In this document: positions 11,809 to 24,000 of the stretch, piece after piece
Numbering within the stretch: position 1 is the stretch's first letter
How the letters are laid out: every line of letters starts with the position of its first letter
NCBI GenBank assembly: GCA_004764695.1
Contig: SMSO01000035.1
Span: forward strand, 558,001-622,000
Origin: Schizochytrium sp. TIO01
Taxonomy: Eukaryota > Protista > Bigyra: Labyrinthulomycetes
Length of the DNA stretch: 64,000 nucleotides
Reading direction: 5' to 3'
Program-made: the position numbers and the translations under genes
The notes under the pieces: generated by a model
Database searches by the model: none
What the model saw: the letters and a program-made list of their open reading frames with translations, nothing else
What the model was told of the DNA's origin: nothing

Positions 11809-14409
11809 ATGGGCGAGTCCCACGGTGAACCCTCTTCTGGGCCTGATGGGGACCCGAGCGGCACTGTAGAGCTCCGAAGGCTCTCAGACGCTGCCGCAGC
11901 AATGGCTGCTTTGAGCGAGTCTGACTTTGGCTCCACCACCGCCTCCAAGCCCAAGAAAGACCGCTCTTCCGCTCCAACCACCTCATCCTCCTCTTCTACT
12001 CCGTCCTCTACAGTGGCACGCCTTTTTTCCAAGCCCGCCAACGACAATACTACCAACAGCAATAGCGGCATGGTAGAGACCAATTCCACTCAGTTTCGGC
12101 CTTCTAATTCATATGCTGGAGGAGCTGGAGAACGCGGCCTTGTCTCAGTGCCTTCTGGGGCCTCTGGGGGGGAGGAGATAAAGACAGTCACTCAAGCAGA
12201 GCGAGACTTCATTGATTCTGACCCAGCCTATGGCGCTGGTTTTGTCCGTGATGATGAGGATTCTAGCTCATATGACAGTCCCGGCTACGAGAGTGACGAA
12301 TACTCTGACCCTTATCAAGAGCTGGAGGATGCTGGTTGCTGTTCAAGGTTCTGCTTTGACGTTCAGAACCGTCTTATGAGCTTCCGTTGGAGGATTCGCA
12401 ACGCAGCACGCTCTTCGACGCGTCCAGGAAGACTGTTGGATCGGGACAATGCATTCCATCAGAGTTCTGGCAGACTGCACATCAGCCAAGTGGCCACAGG
12501 ACGCACTGCTGCGGAAATTTTGGCGTTATATAGTGATGATTGGTTCCATGTCATGCTCAGTCTTGCAACATGGCAACTGTTACTCATTATGATACTCATT
12601 TACACAACCAACTTACTTGTCTTTGCTGGATTTTATATGGTGGTTGACCGTCCAGAACAGTCATGTGGTCTAACTGCAGAAGCAGCTCAAGCAGTTTCTT
12701 TCCAGACAGCCTTTGCCTTTAGCCTCATCACTTCATCGACAATTGGTTATGGCTTTCCCTCATCTTCGGACCCATTTTTTCATGATTGTGTCTCCTTGGT
12801 TGTTGTGGTTTATTTTCAAATCATTGTGTCGATGGCAATCAATGCTCTGGTTGTTGGTCTCGTGCTTCAACGTCTTGGTCGTGCCGATAGCCGATCTCAC
12901 CAGGTTGTGTTTAGTGATAAGGCTTGTATTCGTTGCATTCATGGACACTTCTACTTTATGTTTCAGGTGTATGACCTTGATCGTCGCCACCCGGTTGTCG
13001 AAGCGCATGTTCGTCTCTATGCGGTTTTTCACGAAACAGATGGTGACGATATAGTTCATTATCAAACACGTTATATGCGTCTGCAAAACCCTAATGATGA
13101 CCTTGGTGGTGTCCTTTTTCTCAGCGTTCCATGTACTGTAGTGCACTGTATTGACCAGTGGAGTCCTCTCATGCCCCCTTCCCTCTCTCGTTTTACATGG
13201 GAGAACGAAAATGATGACTTCGTACACAATGCGTCTAATCGCTACATCTTCCCAGGTCTCATCCTTCGTGAAGCAGACACAGAAACAGGAAATCGGGATG
13301 GAACGTCCTGTCCTATTTGTGGTGAAACCTTCCCCACTGACCAGCATCTCTTGCGTCATATTCGGTACCAGCAATGGGAAGAACGAGCAAATGGTTTGCA
13401 GCCTGTCTTGGATCGCGATATTATGAATAAACTTTTTCCGCCTATCGAAAACGAGGATGACCTCGAGCAATATGAAGTCGCTGATGAGGACTCACTATTA
13501 AATAAAGGCATGAATGGGGATACTCCGATTTCTCTCCATGTCAATGGAGAATCACCATCAACGTCTCTTTCCCCGAACCAGAGTCTGGCCGATGCCCCAC
13601 GGCCTCTCAGTGCAGTAGAGGAACACCCCGTGGGCGGCACTGGAAATGGTAACTCTGATAGTAAATCAATCGCTCATAAGACTTCAGAGTCCAAAATGCG
13701 CGCCTCAAGTAGCCGCCGTCTTTCCAAAATGGAGCGAAAACGAATGGTACACCATGGCAAGCGCATGCGAATTAGCCGTATCTTGCGATTCTATGCTAAC
13801 CTTGACCTTCCAATTGGTCACCAAGATGTTGATATGAACCTTCTGCAAACCGAATATGAACTGGTTCCTGATCGCGATGATGCAACCTCTAAAGCCCCCA
13901 ATGATACGGATATTTTCGCAATGTTTGAAGAAATGGAGAAAGAAAGAACTAGTAAGGCTAGCAAACATAGCGTACTTGAGGAGGATGAAGGGCCATCACA
14001 ATCTCCCAGCGAGCAAGGTTTCCGCCTACGCAGGCACCGTAGCAGCAGGCGATTTAATCGAAGTGGAACAAGTACTCTCGATGATACGCCGCCTATAACC
14101 CCCCTTGGCGACCGAAAGTTCAGACAAAAAACTAAGTCTGTGGAAGCGTTTCGGAAATCAATTGAAGATCACGTTAATTCATCAGGTATCGAGGTGATTG
14201 TTTTAGTTGAGGGAATTGAAGCACGGTCATCAAACACTTTCCAGGCTCGCCATTCTTATACATTTGACAACATTGAGTTTAATAAGTTCTTCACACCCTG
14301 CATGAAAGTCTCTCCCTATGGTCATGCACAAGTGAACCTTAACTCCTTCCATCAAACTATTCCTGTGCCAAGTCACGTTGATGAAATTATTGGTATGTCT
14401 CATACATAA
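11809..14409 (+). CDS. Inward-rectifier K+ channel (Kir family) with large cytoplasmic insertion
   Basis: Two TM helices flank AFAFSLITSSTIGYG (selectivity filter). Kir cytoplasmic motifs VFSDKACI, VEAHVRLY, VVHCIDQWSPL, EVIVLVEGIE and FQARHSY are present. Confidence 0.93.
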   Translation: MGESHGEPSSGPDGDPSGTVELRRLSDAAAAMAALSESDFGSTTASKPKKDRSSAPTTSSSSSTPSSTVARLFSKPANDNTTNSNSGMVETNSTQFRPSNSYAGGAGERGLVSVPSGASGGEEIKTVTQAERDFIDSDPAYGAGFVRDDEDSSSYDSPGYESDEYSDPYQELEDAGCCSRFCFDVQNRLMSFRWRIRNAARSSTRPGRLLDRDNAFHQSSGRLHISQVATGRTAAEILALYSDDWFHVMLSLATWQLLLIMILIYTTNLLVFAGFYMVVDRPEQSCGLTAEAAQAVSFQTAFAFSLITSSTIGYGFPSSSDPFFHDCVSLVVVVYFQIIVSMAINALVVGLVLQRLGRADSRSHQVVFSDKACIRCIHGHFYFMFQVYDLDRRHPVVEAHVRLYAVFHETDGDDIVHYQTRYMRLQNPNDDLGGVLFLSVPCTVVHCIDQWSPLMPPSLSRFTWENENDDFVHNASNRYIFPGLILREADTETGNRDGTSCPICGETFPTDQHLLRHIRYQQWEERANGLQPVLDRDIMNKLFPPIENEDDLEQYEVADEDSLLNKGMNGDTPISLHVNGESPSTSLSPNQSLADAPRPLSAVEEHPVGGTGNGNSDSKSIAHKTSESKMRASSSRRLSKMERKRMVHHGKRMRISRILRFYANLDLPIGHQDVDMNLLQTEYELVPDRDDATSKAPNDTDIFAMFEEMEKERTSKASKHSVLEEDEGPSQSPSEQGFRLRRHRSSRRFNRSGTSTLDDTPPITPLGDRKFRQKTKSVEAFRKSIEDHVNSSGIEVIVLVEGIEARSSNTFQARHSYTFDNIEFNKFFTPCMKVSPYGHAQVNLNSFHQTIPVPSHVDEIIGMSHT

Positions 14410-15094
14410 GACAGTTGGTCATCTACATAACTGTGTTTGAACTAATCGCTTACTCTTAGCCACTTCATATTTCCTAGCTCCTTAACATAGCCCTTTCTTT
14501 TATTTCCCTGTCTTTTATTGTCTTTGTCAGTATTATCTCCGAAAGGACAACCAACAGCAGCAAAATATTTATATATAGATACAAATCTAAACCTGTCAAA
14601 TTGTCCTACTAGGGTTTTCTATTTCAATATTGAAGTTGTAGCAAGTCAATGGATTATTGATGTCGAGACCTTAAGCTTGCTTCTTGCACATTCACAGCAC
14701 GACACTCACAGCGCGAGGCAAACAAAGGAATAAGAAAAAATCAAATATGATTACATGCTTGCTATTAAGGGGAAGAGAGAAACGATGATCTCAAGAAATA
14801 GAGAAGAAAACGAATATGTGCTTCTGTGCTTCTCAAGAATTCCGAAACGGAGAGCATGGTGATTCAATTATGCTGTACAGAATCGGATGCCTCCCATAAT
14901 GCTAAAATTTGCTGTCGCAGTTCTATACCTACATATTTTGTATTTGATAGCTTAAGAAGTGGGAACACGACAAAATGTAGTATTCTTCAAACCATACTCC
15001 GAAGGAAATGAAGGAAATTAGAGTAAGAGAGTTGTTATAATCAGGTAAACGAGTCGTTCGACGTGTGGTGTCGTGTCGTTTTCTTTCACTTCGT

Positions 15095-18000
15095 TTATAT
15101 GATATTTCTGATGAAGAAGACGGCTGCTTTTGCCTGATTCTCAGTCCAACAGTATATCATCATGGTATCCCGGGGAGTTACAATTTCTACAAGCCAATAT
15201 CGAAGTGCCACCCCAGGGGTTGTCTCTGTTGATGAAGTTTTTAAACTTTCGTCGCCTTCTTCGTCTTCAATGGAATGTTCCACAAAACGTATATCAATAT
15301 CCATAACAGAACGCAAAGGGACAACCCAAGTAGAGCGCTCCAAATCAAATGAGTGCTCCACGTATAGAAGATGTTGGTGCGTCGCAATCAAAAACATGCG
15401 CTTCCACAATGGTAACGTTGGGAAAGGACGTTTTGAATGAAACGTAAAGAAAGAAAACGTTTTGCTTGCTCGCCAAGCAGCCTCCACTGCTCGTACCTCT
15501 GCATCTTCATCAGAAGTAGCGAAGCCACCCCCAATTGTCTCATATGTGCCTGCATGTTGGCCAACCAAGACGGCCGCAGGGCCCAGCACAGCTCCTGAAA
15601 TAGTGTCAGACCGCCGAACATCAATCAATGAAGCATGCCACTTCAGTCTCAGCTCAGCTGCTACCGTAACTACGCCACTATCTCCAGAAGCACCTATAGC
15701 ACTGGTGTTTGTAGTACTTGATAGCAAGTCCCCACGATCCATACGAACGCTATCTGCAAGTAGAGGTTGTTCCAAAACTACGTGAGCCAAATGACCCTCA
15801 TCCAAATATACACCGCCATCAACCATGGCGATCACCTCCTCGCCAACAGCTTTTTGCAAGTCAAATGGCACTAGAAGCTTATTGGCTGTATCAAAGGCCG
15901 GGGCATTATCTCCTGGTAGTCGAATAAAGTATCGTGGTGGACGAATTCGATGGCGGCGAAATTTGACGGTGGGGTCGATCGTACTTTGGATAGCGACAGA
16001 AACGTGCTTGACTAGCTTCAACAACCCAGCAAGAGGCTTCACGAAGACGCCAGTAAAACCAAAAAATAAGCCCTGACCAAGACCAGTTAAACCCTCTTCG
16101 CGAAATCCGTTTACCGGAGCTACGACTAAACCAGCCATTCCTTGGATAAAACCTTCTTGAAATGATCGAGGTTTAAACCCTGTGTAACGATCATTTGACA
16201 ACGTTTCAAATAAAGCAGAAACACCGTTTGCAAAACCTGTTGCAGAGGTTGCAGCGCCTAAAATTGTTCGTCGAAGAAGACTCATAGTACCCTTTGCAAG
16301 GCCAGCTCCAAAATCTTTCGGGCTGCGCACAAGTCCCAAAGCTGGTTCGTAGAAAAAATCAAGCACTCCTGCTCCTAGATTTTGCACAAGCCCTCGAGGA
16401 TCTCCTAATAAGTCAACTGAACCCAGGATTAAGTAAGCTTGACGGAGGGCCTGCGAGCGATAATGCGCAAAGATGCGACCAAGAATTGTGTCCGGTGTAG
16501 ACAAAGAATTTTGTAGAACTAATGCATTCAAACGTAGTGGGGCGTTGTCTACATTTGCCAGTGAGGCACCCATTGCATTCAAAGCAAAGCGTAGTGGATT
16601 TACCGAACCAGCGTCTGTGGACCCAGCTTGGTACTGACCAGCAGCGTTGAATGTACCATCCTGCATTCCATGCATTCGACTCATGCTACTTCGAAAGCTG
16701 AAACTCACATGCATCTTGACTGGGTGTATTTGCAGCTCTTCAATATAGAGCTTGCGTTGGCTTGCTGGAAGCGACTCTGGACCACCAGCAGCAGGGCTAC
16801 GTTCCGAAATGTCAACTTGCTCCACGGGGCCAGTCGAGGTCCCGCTTAGAACATCACGTGGAAGTCGAAGCGAGCCATCTGGAGGAGTTCCGGTTGAGCT
16901 TATCGAACCATCACGCACCTTAGTGTTGTAAGTCTGGCCATCTCCGCTGCGCCATCGAGGCTGCACAGCATCATCATTAATCAAGCGACGCTCTTCCACC
17001 TCTCCTGTTGAAGTACTAGTGGAGCTTGACTGATTTGTCCAAGGTATTGCATCAGTTCTACTGGCAGCACCGCCCCGGGCACGAGACGATACAGACCGCA
17101 CTCCGTTAGAGCTTGATTGGTGCTCAGGTTCGATAAGAGATAGAGAAGATGCTACTTGACGACCACCTGACAACACAACATCCCGAGTTGCAATAACACT
17201 GCCACGAGCAAAGCCTTTGCCTGTTTCCTGGGATCCAGATCCAATTGAATTGCCCATAAAAGAGGCAGCAAGGGGTTCTGCGCTATCACCTTGCCAGCGA
17301 GATGCATTCTGTAACGTTGAACTACAACGAGTACTGAAAGCAAGAAGTGCAGTGAGTACATCTGGCTCAAGCTTAAGGTTCATCGGTAAAATACGAACAC
17401 TGACTTGACGAACAAAATCAAGGCTAGGGAATTTGCTTGAGCGAACCAAAGTAAATTCAGCAAAAGGTTTTCGCTCGTCATCATCGTTTGTACGCCCCAA
17501 TGATATCTGAGTAGGAAGATCTAGATCGCTATCATCAGATGTTGTACCATTTGTGAGACTTGGTGACGGATTTCTGCTCCCTCGGTCATGCGGTTGCTGA
17601 GTATACAGATGGGCAGGGTCTGCGGAAGCATCTTGGGTGACCATAGGGAGACTGGATACTGTTCGCGATCGTGTCACCCATCCCTCAGAAGAGTCATCAC
17701 CAAGTTGGTCGAATCGCATTGCTGTTCGATTCCAAGAGCGCGGTGCGAACATCACAGGATAAAAAGCGCCGTACAATTGATTGTCAGTTTGAATCCAGCC
17801 TACGCGAAGCTGCAAACGAGAAAGATCAGCAACAGACTCAATCCTACTACGAATCTCAAGAACGGTAATATATAAAAGCTCCCTTCGAGGCACTGACTCT
17901 ACAACGGAAATGCCAACACCACGAAGAGATAACTTCAGCTCCATCCAAGATGCTAGCATGTTCTCTTTTGCTTCCTCTAAAGGTTGCCTTGCAACCTTGG

Positions 18001-21000
18001 CACCCCCGCCACGGGAAACTTGCGAAGCAGAATAGTCGCCTGTGTAATTTTGTTTTCCTTGTGTAAGCTGAATCTGAGGGGGCTGTGTGCCTACAAAGTG
18101 AAGCTGCTCATGTTGAGGTTGCGGCTGTTGGCCCTGCAATTTTTCTTGCGATGAGATATGAACTGGCTGGCCATCACGTTTCTTATCTCGAACGCTCCGG
18201 TCTAACTGTTGGCTGCGCTGTTCATATTCCCTGCGCAGGGAGGGTGAGTTAGACTCTTCAAAGGACTCCTCTTCTTCAATTGTATCGTTGGCCCCAAAGT
18301 CATGGCTGCGCCGACGATTGTACAACACATCCAAGGTATCACTGGTATCACGCCGCAGACGAGGGGGCGCGAATGGTTCGTGTGAACTTGAGATAGTAGC
18401 ATCCGCATAGCCCATATCAATACCAAGTGAACTTGTTTCATCATGATGCGTTTCCAAATCAAGATCCGGACTCATTGGAGAAAGTTCAAATCGAGTTATC
18501 TTCTCTGCCGAGGGATGGACAATGGAATTGGATGACTCGTTTACTCCGTCTTTAAAGAGGTCCTCTAGTTTGACATCATCCACCCCAATTCGCTCGCATG
18601 AATTTGATGGAAACATAGTCCACCAGTTCTCATCTAGAGCGCCTGCTGCGGAACCATCTAGAACCTGAAAGGGAGAGCTTGAGTCTGTGGGCGCTTTATT
18701 ACGTGCATCAACAATAGAGAGGACACGAGTCGGGCCATCTGCATGAACACCAATAGTAATATGTGGTAGCTCTGTAGAAGGCGTCGCTAGCTGGAGACGA
18801 TCTAACTCAATATGACCTAGGGTTACCGGTCGTGACTCGGAGCTATTTCCCCCTACACCGCTTTGGTCCCAGAGCATACTCCATATTCCACCGAGCAGTC
18901 CAGCAAACTTGCCGGCAATCGTCCCTCCACTAATGCCAACCCTATGAGATTTATTTGCACTTGCACTGCCCGCAAGAGATTCTACAACAAGCATGCGTGA
19001 CAAGGATAGATCATCCCAGGTGTATGGACAGCTATGGTAAGGAAGAAGAACTTGTTGAGTTTGGGGAGGGGCACCACGCTATATTATATTACTCGACATA
19101 AATAATTTACCGAACGATATGTTAGTCAAATTTATTCCCACAGCATACGTAGCTGAAATATTGTACATCCATGCCAACATCTTCTCGCTAGAGTATATCC
19201 CCCATCACCCTCTTGCCCAAAGGTCTACCGTATTTACGTATTGTCGGTCTTAAAAACTAAGAGAAAAAGCAGACCCAATTTCATTTGAATCTTCCACTTG
19301 GAAATGAGTAGGAGAAATGCTTTACCGTCAAAACTCTCCCAAAACTATGAACCACACTGATGTATAATCAATCAATTCAGCCCGGCAAACTGTTTTGGTG
19401 ATACCCTTTCTTACCCCTCCCACCAATCAAATTGAATTTGCGCTGCCTTCAGATATTGCCGGTCTTGAAAACCAAGAGAAAAAGCAGACCTCCATCCCAT
19501 ATAAATCTTTCACTTGGAAATGAGTAGGAGAAATGCTTTACCGTCAAAACTCTCCCAAAACTATGAACCACACTGATGTATAATCAATCAAATCAGCCCG
19601 GCAAACTGTTTTGGTGATACCTTTCTTACCCCTCCCACCAATCAAATTGAATTTGCGCTACCTTCAGATATTGCCGGTCTTGAAAACCAAGAGAAAAAGC
19701 ACCTCCATCCCATATAAATCTTTCACTTGGAAATGAGTAGGAGAAATGCTTTACCGTCAAAACTCTCCCAAAACTATGAACCACACTGATGTATAATCAA
19801 TCAAATCAGCCCGGCAAACTGTTTTGGTGATACCTTTTCTTACCCCTCCCACCAATCAAATTGAATTTGCGCTACCTTCAGATATTGCCGGTCTTGAAAA
19901 CCAAGAGAAAAAGCACCTCCATCCCATATAAATCTTTCACTTGGAAATGAGTAGGAGAAATGCTTTACCGTCAAAACTCTCCCAAAACTATGAACCACAC
20001 TGATGTATAATCAATCAATTCAGCCCGGCAAACTGTTTTGGTGATACCCTTTCTTACCCCTCCCACCAATCAAATTGAATTTGCGCTGCCTTCAGATATT
20101 GCCGGTCTTGAAAACCAAGAGAAAAAGCACCTCCATCCCATATAAATCTTTCACTTGGAAATGAGTAGGAGAAATGCTTTACCGTCAAAACTCTCCCAAA
20201 ACTATGAACCACACTGATGTATAATCAATCAAATCAGCCCGGCAAACTGTTTTGGTGATACCTTTTCTTACCCCTCCCACCAATCAAATTGAATTTGCGC
20301 TACCTTCAGATATTGCCGGTCTTGAAAACCAAGAGAAAAAGCACCTCCATCCCATATAAATCTTTCACTTGGAAATGAGTAGGAGAAATGCTTTACCGTC
20401 AAAACTCTCCCAAAACTATGAACCACACTGATGTATAATCAATCAAATCAGCCCGGCAAACTGTTTTGGTGATACCTTTTCTTACCCCTCCCACCAATCA
20501 AATTGAATTTGCGCTACCTTCAGATATTGCCGGTCTTGAAAACCAAGAGAAAAAGCACCTCCATCCCATATAAATCTTTCACTTGGAAATGAGTAGGAGA
20601 AATGCTTTACCGTCAAAACTCTCCCAAAACTATGAACCACACTGATGTATAATCAATCAAATCAGCCCGGCAAACTGTTTTGGTATTGACACAACCCTAC
20701 CCTATTTAAAATCCAATCTTCAAAGAAACCTTTGAAAAGATTTGTCCATTGTTCTTCAATTGAACCCACTCATTATCCCAAATTCCCCTTCCAAAAAAAA
20801 CTATTCTTGTACGTATGACAAGAACCAAAATAATAACCTACCTGATATAGTCGAAGAGTTTGCAGAGAAAGATTATCAATACGATAGGGCGGCAGAGACG
20901 GCAGCTCAGGACGGAACGTAATGAAGATTGTCGAGCTTCCATTTGGATTAGCGCGATCAAGTGATACATCAACCCTAAGAATGTATACAGCATGCGTATG

Positions 21001-24000
21001 CTCATTTCGCAATCGAACATAGAATTCTCCTATGTTATCAATACTAAACCCACCACTCCAAATCCAACCATATTCGTCAAATCGAACACAAATCTCTCGT
21101 GGAGCACTAGCATCCCGCCAGTGATACGGTGTTCTCTCTCCAGGACGAATACTATCTGCTCGCTCAGATGCAGAAGTAAGCACAGAGGTTGAACCGTAGA
21201 GTCGCTGCGTGTCAATATTCTTGGCGCCGAAGAGGCGACCTACAACACCACCGAGCCCGAACATATCTATTGCACTTCCTGAATACGCCCCATGGCTCAG
21301 AGGACGTTGCTTCACTTTCAGTGTCCTGCCTAAGGCATTTATAAGAACAAAGCGAGGAGTTAAGGTAATCACCTTAGTACGTCTAAATTGCCCCTCTGCA
21401 ACGGCGATAGATACCCCCAAAACGAAAAGTTGACGAGGACTATCACTTTTGACGTTCCACTGCTGTTTTAGCTCGATCAATCCAGCAGTACCAGCAGAGT
21501 CCAAACCCATCGCCTGGGACCAACCAGAGTCAGCGGCCTTGACACATATACGCCCCTTCTTTCGACGTTTGTCTGTGTACGAAAACATGAGAGGTTCACC
21601 AACTCGCTTATCTCCGTGCAAAGCAGAGTCATCTAGGATATCAAGAAGCCCACCAGGTGCACGACGCTCGCCTGTTACTCCACGACGGTTAAGGTAGCGT
21701 TCACCAAGTTTCTGTCGCATACGTAAGCGACGCATGACAGCCATTGCATCATTCTGCCCAGCTGCGATGTGCCCGCCGAATGTTTCTGCAAGGCTGGCAG
21801 ACCTCGATGCTGACCGAACCAATAAGTGCAAGTCAGACAAGTTTACAATCCAGTAGGGTACATACAATACAAGCTTACGTAATCCTCCTGGGAGCACAGA
21901 TAACTCGGCAGACACAGTTAAAGTGCGACGATTTGAGTCCTTCAGCTGTATCGACTCTTCTCTCAGAATACCTACACGAGCATCGTCACGAATTGCAGAC
22001 CACTGAAGAGAACCGTCACCTTGACGGTCAACCCCAGCAGTGGTACCTTCCTCGACTTGTCGATCCTCAATCTTGGTTTTCCCTGGGGTATGCAAGGTGA
22101 TACTTGATGAGCTGCTCTGGCTTTTTGGCAGAACTCCACCAGCAGGGAGAGAAGGGGGGTGAACACTACACCGAATAAATGGAACACCATCAATTTGAAG
22201 CACAGAACTCCAATCAAAGCCAGAGAGGCGAATGGAGAGAGACAGCTCTGCCTCTGGACGGACACCTTGCCAGCGTAAGGAATTTCCTACCGGAAGTTGA
22301 CCATCTGCCGCAGCATGGGACGCGCCATCGGCGCGTAATCGATATGTCACTGGTGACGCGAGTAAATTTGACACCAACAGGGGTGCTTCGAAAGAGATTA
22401 TACGAAGGGATGTTCCTGTCTGGCGAGTTGAAGAAGAGTCTCCGAACTGTTGCTTGTTCCAAGGTCTCCGTCGGGGCAATTTCCGAGAAGGATCCCGGCT
22501 CCTCGAGCTGAAATGCTGTCCACTCATCGCAGCAGCGGCGGCAGCAGCAGTAGAGGCTACTGATGTCTTTTGGGAACTTGTGGAACTTTTTGTTACAGTA
22601 TTCCCACGAGTGTGAGATCCGGCTGCCCTCCATGTGATCGGATTGATTGTTGTAGATGTTGCAGATGAAACATCAGCACTGCCACTGCCATGGCGGCCAT
22701 CGGAATCCCAAGTAGAGTTCGATAACGCTTTAACAGCATCTGTACCTGATCGACAATCCACTGCACAATATGTCACAAGATGACCTTGAGTACTACCGTC
22801 TGGATTATACCCCCCTGCTGCAAAATCAAGTGTTGTTCGTATAGAAGAGTTTTCTGAACAATCTGGAGACAAATCACAGGGCAAGGAAACGGGGAGGAAG
22901 TCATACGGGTCACTGTACGCGGACGGGCGTACACTGACCTCGACAATATGAGCATTTATGAGCTCGGCGACATGCACGGGTACGGGAATGACTTCCCCAG
23001 GAGCTAATCGGTAAGTGAAAAGATCCGTGTTGGCTTGGTCTTGGGACACAGGGCCTTGGTGCGGCACCACAACCTCCATCGGCCCGACACAGTGATTACG
23101 CAGAAGCAAATTTGACCGAACGCACATTACTTTCGCAGAGCCCACGGCAACTACGTCGCACGTAATAGTGATTGCACGAACCTCAGGATGCTTCGAAGTT
23201 GCGCCAAGACGAAACAAGAATGAACCTTCTCGGTCGAGAGGTACATCACGAAGAGGATGCCATGGAGACTCTTGGACTCGAGAGTCTGGAGAGCGGATAA
23301 GCACTGATACGCGACGGCCTTCCGACTCGAAGCCATCCCGCCGGCCAGAGGCAATACTTAGACTCTCGAATTGAATAGGCATTTCAGATCCTGATTGAAG
23401 AGGCCGAATTTCCCCATCTCGAGTCCAGAAGGCAATTGGCAAGCCGGTTTCGTTGTAGATACGGAATAGGCTAACTGAGTCACGTTGAAATTCACCTCGA
23501 CCAACATGGGATTTCTCTGGGTTCCAGATTTGCGTAGCGCCGGAAACACCTTCAATAAAGGCCTCAGTAAAGTTTACATTGAGAATTGACTGGGAATCAA
23601 CGCTTGCAGACATGCGCAATCTCTGTCCGCGCTTTCCAGCCGGGACTAAACCGCGAATTTGAACCCTCCATGGTTCCAATAAAGGTTCCCAGGCGCCAAG
23701 GCGATGATTGTAGGAATCAGCTCCTATTGAGAAATAAGTGCGCGCCAGCAAGCCGTTCGGACCAACATCAATGTCACAGTTGGATCGGCGAGCAACGAGT
23801 TCTATAACAGGCGAGCTTTGCCCATGCATATCATCCACAAGGAGAAAACGAGCACCGCTAAAGTCAAGTGTGAAGTGTGCACCAGTAATTGATGCCCCAA
23901 GAGTTTTTTCTGTTAGCTCTCCAACTGCAGCTCGGGCAGCAGCACTTTTATCCTGGTTTGCCGTGTCAGTATCATAATGAGTCCCCAAAGTATTTGCTTT

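Noticed and set aside
19239-20684. CRISPR array or tandem snoRNA cluster
   Set aside because: Units are near-identical along their full length with no unique spacers. No canonical RUGAUGA C box paired with a terminal CUGA was seen, and there are no cas genes.
20773-20841. C-terminal VGYYFGSCHTYKNSFFWKGNLG of the 4304-aa ORF
   Set aside because: This is read-through into the intron past the GTAGGT donor.
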